A DNA stretch of 64,000 nucleotides from Candidatus Melainabacteria bacterium 17Bon1m. Lineage in GTDB: Bacteria > Cyanobacteriota > Vampirovibrionia > Obscuribacterales > Obscuribacteraceae. The position numbers were made by a program, and so were the translations under genes. The first letter of the stretch is position 1; each line of letters opens with the position of its first letter. The DNA is taken from assembly GCA_032128875.1 (NCBI GenBank), contig JAVLKG010000012.1, positions 64,001 to 128,000 of the forward strand. Reading direction: 5' to 3'. The notes beneath the pieces are model-generated. The model ran no database searches. It was not told the origin of the DNA and saw only the letters and a list, made by a program, of their open reading frames with translations. Of the stretch, positions 58,806-64,000 are shown piece by piece.

Positions 58806-59693
58806 TTAGTAAGTTGCCTTTGTTTGTTCTAGTGTTTCGGCTGGTGGCACATTGGTAATGTCGATGGGAAACTGCCTGAGCGCGGTGGAGATTCTTTTGT
58901 AGAGCTGAGGGAGCCATGGTGGTTGTTTTTTATAATCAATTTTTGGTTGTTGGGAAAGAAGATTGCAAGGCGCAAAAATCAGCTTGATGTTCTTCAAACC
59001 GCAATCATAAGCAAGCACAAATAGTTCTTCCATAGGAACGTTGCCCATTGCCAGACAACCGCTTGACCAGCGGCTTCCGTGGATAAGAATATCGCGGCCC
59101 AAGTTCTTGCGCTTTTCGACAACCGCATGCGCGCGGTCTTCTTCGTTTGGATAATTCACATCGAGTGCCATGTGGGCAATCACATTCGGGTGAAAACCCG
59201 TCACACGATAGAAGCCTTCAGGCACTTGCATATCGCCTTCTTTCAGCTTTGGACCAGCTCCGCCGCTTTGCCCAATTATGTAGTAGCTGAGAACTTGCTT
59301 TGTTTTGCCGTGTTCGTCCTTTGCAAAAAGCAAAAGAACTTTCTCTTGTTTTAACGCAACCCACGTCATATCCTTTGGAGGATATGCAACTGATTGCGTG
59401 CTGAAAATCGGCTTTAATTTATTGCGCACAGACGCGCCGTAGAGAGTGATGATTTCGTCGACTGATTTGAAGACTCGGCGTTGACGCGGTTTTACCGTCG
59501 GGCTTGCGTGCTTTGTGCCTGTAGAAGCGGTTGAACTTGCGTGGTTAATGCTTGCCTGGTTGTCGCTGTCACGTTTGGCGCTAGCGAGGTTTTCACAGAG
59601 CGAAAGAGACAATATCAAAGCTGCAGTTAAGCCACTACAAAATTTGTGGCGCGTCGATCGACTGCTAACATCTCGCTCTTTTGCAATAACCAA
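58806..59693 (-). CDS. L,D-transpeptidase-family protein (YafK/DpaA-like)
   Basis: GPKLKEGDMQVPEGFY, YPN..D, IHG...SSGCLAM; signal peptide. Confidence 0.85.
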   Translation of the reverse strand: MVIAKERDVSSRSTRHKFCSGLTAALILSLSLCENLASAKRDSDNQASINHASSTASTGTKHASPTVKPRQRRVFKSVDEIITLYGASVRNKLKPIFSTQSVAYPPKDMTWVALKQEKVLLLFAKDEHGKTKQVLSYYIIGQSGGAGPKLKEGDMQVPEGFYRVTGFHPNVIAHMALDVNYPNEEDRAHAVVEKRKNLGRDILIHGSRWSSGCLAMGNVPMEELFVLAYDCGLKNIKLIFAPCNLLSQQPKIDYKKQPPWLPQLYKRISTALRQFPIDITNVPPAETLEQTKATY

Positions 59694-59860
59694 AACAAAA
59701 CCAGCTTAGAATTTCAGATATTCTAGCGATCTTTTTCACGCTCCGCATCCCCGCGCGTTTTACTTGGTCAGTAAATATTGTCGCCGAAATACAGGTGCTG
59801 CTTTGCATCTAGGGCTTGATTTCAGCCGTGCGTTACCATATCGTGACGGCAGAGGACGGG

Positions 59861-60616
59861 ATGTTGAGAATTTCAAAAAGATGTGTTGTTGGCGCGTTAT
59901 CCTTCTTGGTTGTTGCTGGTTTTTCTAAGAATCTACCAGCTTTCTGTGCCGCGCCAGTCAGTGATGCTGCAAAACAAAGCATGAATTTCAATCCTCAAGG
60001 TCCGCTTGTCGAGCCAATGCAGGACGGTACTGCTTTTATCGAAACAATGGCGCAGAAAGTCGAGAAGCTCAACGACTATTCTTTGTTGTTCGAAACAAGG
60101 AGTTTCAAAAAGGGTTCTACAGTCGTTGATGCAGGCAAGCTTTATTTCAAAAAGCCGAAGATGATGCGCGTTGAGGAAACGGGCGAGTTCAATAAAGGTT
60201 CTGTGGCTGTGATTCAAAAGGACGGAAAAGCGCGTGCGAAAGGCGGCGGAATCGCCGGTTTGGTTGTGCTCACGCTAAGCCCCAGTGACAAAACTCTTGA
60301 CGCTGCGAACGGCGACAAAATGGAAGACTCCGATTTTGCCTCGCTTGTGCGTGTTTTGAAAGAGCGACTTCGTTCTGGTCAAGTCGCGCGTGTTTCTGAA
60401 AAGCCTGTGGCTACTAGTGGAGTCGCAGAACCTGCGTATGTTTTGGAGCTCTACAAGGCCAATGAACCAAAGGTCTGTACGAAGCGAATTTGGGTTCATG
60501 CCACCTCGTACTTGCCTGTGCGCTGGGACGATTATGACTATAAAACCCCTTGCTTGAGCACGTGGAAGGATGTGAAAGCCAATGCGGGCTTAAGCGATGA
60601 GTTATTCAAGTTGTAG
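59861..60616 (+). CDS. Secreted LolA-like protein
   Basis: Signal peptide; GKLYFKKPKMMR, IWV....LPVR, NAGLSDELF. Confidence 0.7.
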   Translation: MLRISKRCVVGALSFLVVAGFSKNLPAFCAAPVSDAAKQSMNFNPQGPLVEPMQDGTAFIETMAQKVEKLNDYSLLFETRSFKKGSTVVDAGKLYFKKPKMMRVEETGEFNKGSVAVIQKDGKARAKGGGIAGLVVLTLSPSDKTLDAANGDKMEDSDFASLVRVLKERLRSGQVARVSEKPVATSGVAEPAYVLELYKANEPKVCTKRIWVHATSYLPVRWDDYDYKTPCLSTWKDVKANAGLSDELFKL

Positions 60617-60667
60617 AAATATTGAAGGCGCTCGGCCGTTAAGAGCGTGCGGGCTGTAAAACGCCAT

Positions 60668-60736
60668 AAAAAGGAAAGCCCCGGTAGCTCGTGTAATGGA
60701 GAGCTCACCGGGATGCTTTCACTTACTTGTATTCCC
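60668..60736 (-). ncRNA. Putative ~70-nt small RNA with anti-SD loop
   Basis: TTGCCA-17-TAAATA upstream (weak -10); long hairpin with loop UCCAUUACAC, then CUUUUU. Confidence 0.45.
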
Positions 60737-60785
60737 GACCTATTTACGGTCAAACATTAAACCTGGCAAAAAATAGATTAAATGC

Positions 60786-60808
60786 AAAAAGCCCAACTGA
60801 TTGGGCTT
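60786..60808 (-). terminator. Rho-independent terminator downstream of small ORF
   Basis: Minus strand AAGCCCAA-TCAG-TTGGGCTT-TTT. Confidence 0.7.
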
Positions 60809-60849
60809 CTGTATAGACTAGAACCAGCGGATGGAACCGATAGGCGTTG

Positions 60850-60951
60850 TTAGCCAACGGCTGCTCCGCCGCCGTAAAAACTTACCACCACGCATGCAAT
60901 CGCAGCTTGCAAAACGCAAAACCAGCACAGTCTGTAGACGTTGATTTTCAC
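60850..60951 (-). CDS. Small hydrophobic peptide, 33 aa (MKINVYRLCWFCVLQAAIACVVVSFYGGGAAVG)
   Basis: Manual translation; GGAGAG RBS 6 nt before GTG; one TM-length stretch; terminator downstream. Confidence 0.6.
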   Translation of the reverse strand: MKINVYRLCWFCVLQAAIACVVVSFYGGGAAVG

Positions 60952-61041
60952 TGAAAACTCTCCATGACACTGGGTTACTTAGCGAGTGGGATCGCCCCCT
61001 TCTCTATATCTTATCCGGTGAAAATATTTCTCGCCATACTA

Positions 61042-61419
61042 TCAATTGTCGGATGTTACTTCCTTGGTCCAATGGTCGAACACGTCCTGGAAATCACCTT
61101 TCAGAAAGGGTTTCGTTAGATATCCATTCATTCCGGCATTCATGCAATTTTTCCAGTCATCTTCGTCCGAGCTGGCTGTTACTGCAATTATGGGCGCTTT
61201 GAAGCCCGCCGAACGCAATTTCGTGGTTGCCTGAAAACCGTCAGTTACTGGCATTCGAAGGTCCATGAAAATGATTTTGTAGTTACCTTTCTCGACAGCT
61301 TTCACGGCGTCTTCGCCGTTGGAGACGACATCGCATTCCTCGCCCAGGTCTCTGAGCATCCATCGCAAGACCTGCTGGTTGACCTCGCTATCGTCTACGA
61401 CAAGCACTTTCTTGGTCAT
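61042..61419 (-). CDS. Single-domain response regulator receiver (CheY-like)
   Basis: VLVVDD, MDLRMP..DG, AVTA, YLTKP. Confidence 0.93.
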   Translation of the reverse strand: MTKKVLVVDDSEVNQQVLRWMLRDLGEECDVVSNGEDAVKAVEKGNYKIIFMDLRMPVTDGFQATTKLRSAGFKAPIIAVTASSDEDDWKNCMNAGMNGYLTKPFLKGDFQDVFDHWTKEVTSDN

Positions 61420-61600
61420 CGCCTACACGCTCCTGTGTCGCAAATACGTTACAGTTTCAAACTAGGTATGCCCACATTCCCATTGTCTTACATTTAACGT
61501 CTTATGGACACCAGTAAGTATCTATCGTTATAAATTCAATGTCATCACCCTAATGTGTCAGTCGCTTCAAGATTGTGTGCGACAAACACGCAGGTCTATT

Positions 61601-61644
61601 TCAGGGTTTTCCCCATCGAATCGAAAGCGAGCCTGCCGTAAATT
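61601..61644 (+). promoter_or_regulatory. Putative regulator box TCAGGGTTTTCCC plus -35/-10 (TCGAAT-17-TAAATT)
   Basis: Box 61601-61613; TAAATT at 61639 (offset 38). Confidence 0.65.
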
Positions 61645-61861
61645 GTTAATGTCCAAAGGCGCCCTTCAGGCGTTTTTCAACCTTACTAAGTACACCAGAG
61701 TCGAAAAAGCGTAATAGCGAAATAATCGCTGTGAGCGCCGGCCGCAGGCCGGTTTTGAAATGCCGATCGAGCTGCTTTCGGCTTCGTTCAACAGGCGAAG
61801 TTTTCTCAGTGGCGCGTTCACACTTGCTCGATTCTACTTGCCCTTTACGGAGGATTTAGTC

Positions 61862-64000
61862 ATGACATTTACAGGAATTCCACCTGTCAGCGATGAGCCG
61901 GAGGTCGAACAAAATTCGGAGCAAAGCTCTCAACGCGCAGATACATTCTACGACTCCTTCGCTTCTCCATTCCAGGAGAAAGGGATTTTTAGCACTCCCG
62001 AAGGAATGGGCGTGATGATGCTTGGCGTGCTATTACCAGGGCTACTATTAGCTGCAGCCGCCGTTGCCTGCTGTGAACGAATTACGTTGATGCTGTTAAA
62101 GCATCCCGTAGAGACTATGGTCGAATTAGCGCTCGCAGTAATGATCCCAGTAGGCAATTTTGTCATATGGAAATCCTTGTCGCGCGATGACAGGCGTTTT
62201 GCAAAACGTCGCGGCATCATCAATGGCATGGCCATCGGAACCGCGTCCATCATTGCTGCAATTGGATGGGCTGCAGTTATTTTGCATTACCCGTCCGTCG
62301 ATGAATCCAGTGGCAATCCACATCCTGGAGCGTTTACGAGTATAGCTGTTATAGCGACACTTGCCGCTTCAACTGCCATTTACCTTGCCAACTCTTTGCG
62401 CGTTTCACGTGAACTTCGCAGTTCGCAATTGCGTACCGTTGCATACTCCGTCATCGGAGTACTCTTCTCCGCCTTGCTTTTCATCGGCTCTGAAGCACGC
62501 TCAATTTGCATTCGAGTAGCCGAGTACATGTCTACATCTGAGAGTGTTGCTGAAAGAAAAAGCGGTTTGGATTTCTTGCGTCAAATCAATCCGGAGCGCG
62601 ATTTGATGATGGAATGCGCCAATTCCAAAGCGGCTGGAATACCGGGGCTCTTCATTCGAATTGAACCCACGACGCAGCGCCAGCTGTATTTTTCTGTCAC
62701 GGGCAAACCATTTAGAGATGACAAATCATCTGACTTCGCGTCGATGCCTGATGACTATTTGCAGAGACATGTTGTTGGTGCACCGATCTCAGGACTCTCT
62801 CTCGTACGTTCTGCAATGACAGGAGTAGTAAATCCAAGCACCCTCAGCTCAACGATCAATTGGACATTCGTTTTCAAAAACCGAACATATCAAAGACAAG
62901 AAGCACGCGCAGAAATTGGTCTGCCTGAAGGTGCAGTGGTGTCGCAGATGACGGTCTGGCCCGATGGAGAGCCGACAAATGCGCGTTTCAATGTTTCGGG
63001 CGCAGCAGCCAATGCATTTCAATCGCCGGTAGAAGCAGGGCACGATGCGCCGGCAATCGTCACAGATCTTGGTCGCGGCCGGACATTGTTGCATTGCTAT
63101 CCAGTACCTGCACAGGGCGAAATGAAGGTGCGAGTAGCTATAGTCGTTCCGCTCAAGCTCCACACTTTGACCGAAGCCTCTGTCTCGCTGCCACGTTTTA
63201 TCGACAACAATTTTGCAATAGCCACGGACAATTCAATGAGCATCCGCTCGCCTGAAAAGTTGACAATGAATCTTAAAGGGATTCGCGCGGGTGTTTCCGC
63301 GCTGGGTGACAAGGTGCTCTCCGGCACGATCAAAGAGGAAGATCTTTCGGGAGCTGGATTATCGATTCGCGTCACACGGCCTGCTACGCTCGGACCCAAC
63401 GTTGTACGTGATCCCTTTATCAAAGCTGGTTCTTTCATAGTGCAAACCATTAAGAAGGTCGATGCACCGGCACCAAGTCAGCTTATCGTTGTTGTAGATG
63501 GCTCGCAAAGTGTAAGAGACCATTTGAAAGAACTGAAGTCAGCGCTATCGAAATTGCCGGATACGATGGCAAAATCAATGATCATTGCATCCGATCAAAA
63601 TGGAGCGCCGGAGGTATTGGACTTCAAAACAGGGCTGAGCAAGCTTGATTCTATAAACCTCAGCGGAGGGCAAGACAACTTGCAAGCTGTTGTTAAGGCC
63701 GCAGAACTCGCAGGTGAAGCGAAGGGTGGAAATGTGCTCTGGATTCACGGACCACAACCAAGCTTCAACGAAGAAATTTACATCATGGCACCCTACATCG
63801 CTACGCCTAAGTTCTACGAGCTGGCGTTGGATAACGGGATCATGGATGCCAATGAGTTCTTCAAAAACCACCGCGAGATTGGACCATTCACCGCTATCGC
63901 ACGCAGTGCCACCGCCAGTGATGATCTGGAACGATTCATTGCTAAGTGGCAACCAGGAGGTACTGATTTTTCAGTTGAATATACAGCTGTCTCGAATGCT
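61862..64000 (+). CDS. Second membrane VIT + VWA-like protein, paralog of 6833..9982, partial (runs off right edge)
   Basis: Not in ORF track. GGAGG RBS; translation gives HPVET, TQRQLYF..TGKPFRD, DDYLQRHVVG, WTFVFKN, QEARAEIGLP, VVVDGSQS, GGQDNLQAV, LWIHGPQP, all shared with the paralog. Confidence 0.88.
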   Translation, partial: MTFTGIPPVSDEPEVEQNSEQSSQRADTFYDSFASPFQEKGIFSTPEGMGVMMLGVLLPGLLLAAAAVACCERITLMLLKHPVETMVELALAVMIPVGNFVIWKSLSRDDRRFAKRRGIINGMAIGTASIIAAIGWAAVILHYPSVDESSGNPHPGAFTSIAVIATLAASTAIYLANSLRVSRELRSSQLRTVAYSVIGVLFSALLFIGSEARSICIRVAEYMSTSESVAERKSGLDFLRQINPERDLMMECANSKAAGIPGLFIRIEPTTQRQLYFSVTGKPFRDDKSSDFASMPDDYLQRHVVGAPISGLSLVRSAMTGVVNPSTLSSTINWTFVFKNRTYQRQEARAEIGLPEGAVVSQMTVWPDGEPTNARFNVSGAAANAFQSPVEAGHDAPAIVTDLGRGRTLLHCYPVPAQGEMKVRVAIVVPLKLHTLTEASVSLPRFIDNNFAIATDNSMSIRSPEKLTMNLKGIRAGVSALGDKVLSGTIKEEDLSGAGLSIRVTRPATLGPNVVRDPFIKAGSFIVQTIKKVDAPAPSQLIVVVDGSQSVRDHLKELKSALSKLPDTMAKSMIIASDQNGAPEVLDFKTGLSKLDSINLSGGQDNLQAVVKAAELAGEAKGGNVLWIHGPQPSFNEEIYIMAPYIATPKFYELALDNGIMDANEFFKNHREIGPFTAIARSATASDDLERFIAKWQPGGTDFSVEYTAVSNA

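Noticed and set aside
61760-61861. In-frame N-terminal extension of the second VIT gene containing NRRSFL (Tat-like)
   Set aside because: No RBS at 61760, weak h-region, strong GGAGG before ATG 61862, and absent from the paralog.

Overview
Gene-dense bacterial chromosomal segment. The many Hanks-type Ser/Thr kinases with TPR tails, the TadE-like gene and the VIT-domain genes suggest a non-photosynthetic cyanobacterial relative (Melainabacteria/Obscuribacterales-like); this is an inference, not verified. Contents: a partial MprF-like gene, an orphan N6-adenine DNA methyltransferase, four Ser/Thr kinases, an FHA protein, several TPR/Sel1/HEAT proteins, a ten-gene de novo purine cluster (purF-C-D-N-L-Q-M-H-E-K), proteases (CtpA, two M50), ndh, a TPP enzyme, two phosphatases, two paralogous membrane VIT/VWA proteins and two REP-like palindrome clusters. 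I saw no rRNA, tRNA, CRISPR array or transposase. Most notable: (1) a TCAGGG-W4-CCC box starting exactly 38 nt before a TANNNT -10 element in four intergenic promoters, a candidate regulon; (2) an unannotated 33-aa hydrophobic ORF followed by a putative ~70-nt sRNA whose hairpin loop is complementary to that ORF's RBS; (3) a VIT/VWA protein ending in a pilin-like module; (4) a SMI1/KNR4 + ClpX zinc-finger fusion; (5) a Zn-ribbon/FHA protein with an apparently inactivated restriction-endonuclease-like domain next to a kinase. All calls are by eye; no searches were run. Some starts were moved from the ORF track using RBS evidence.
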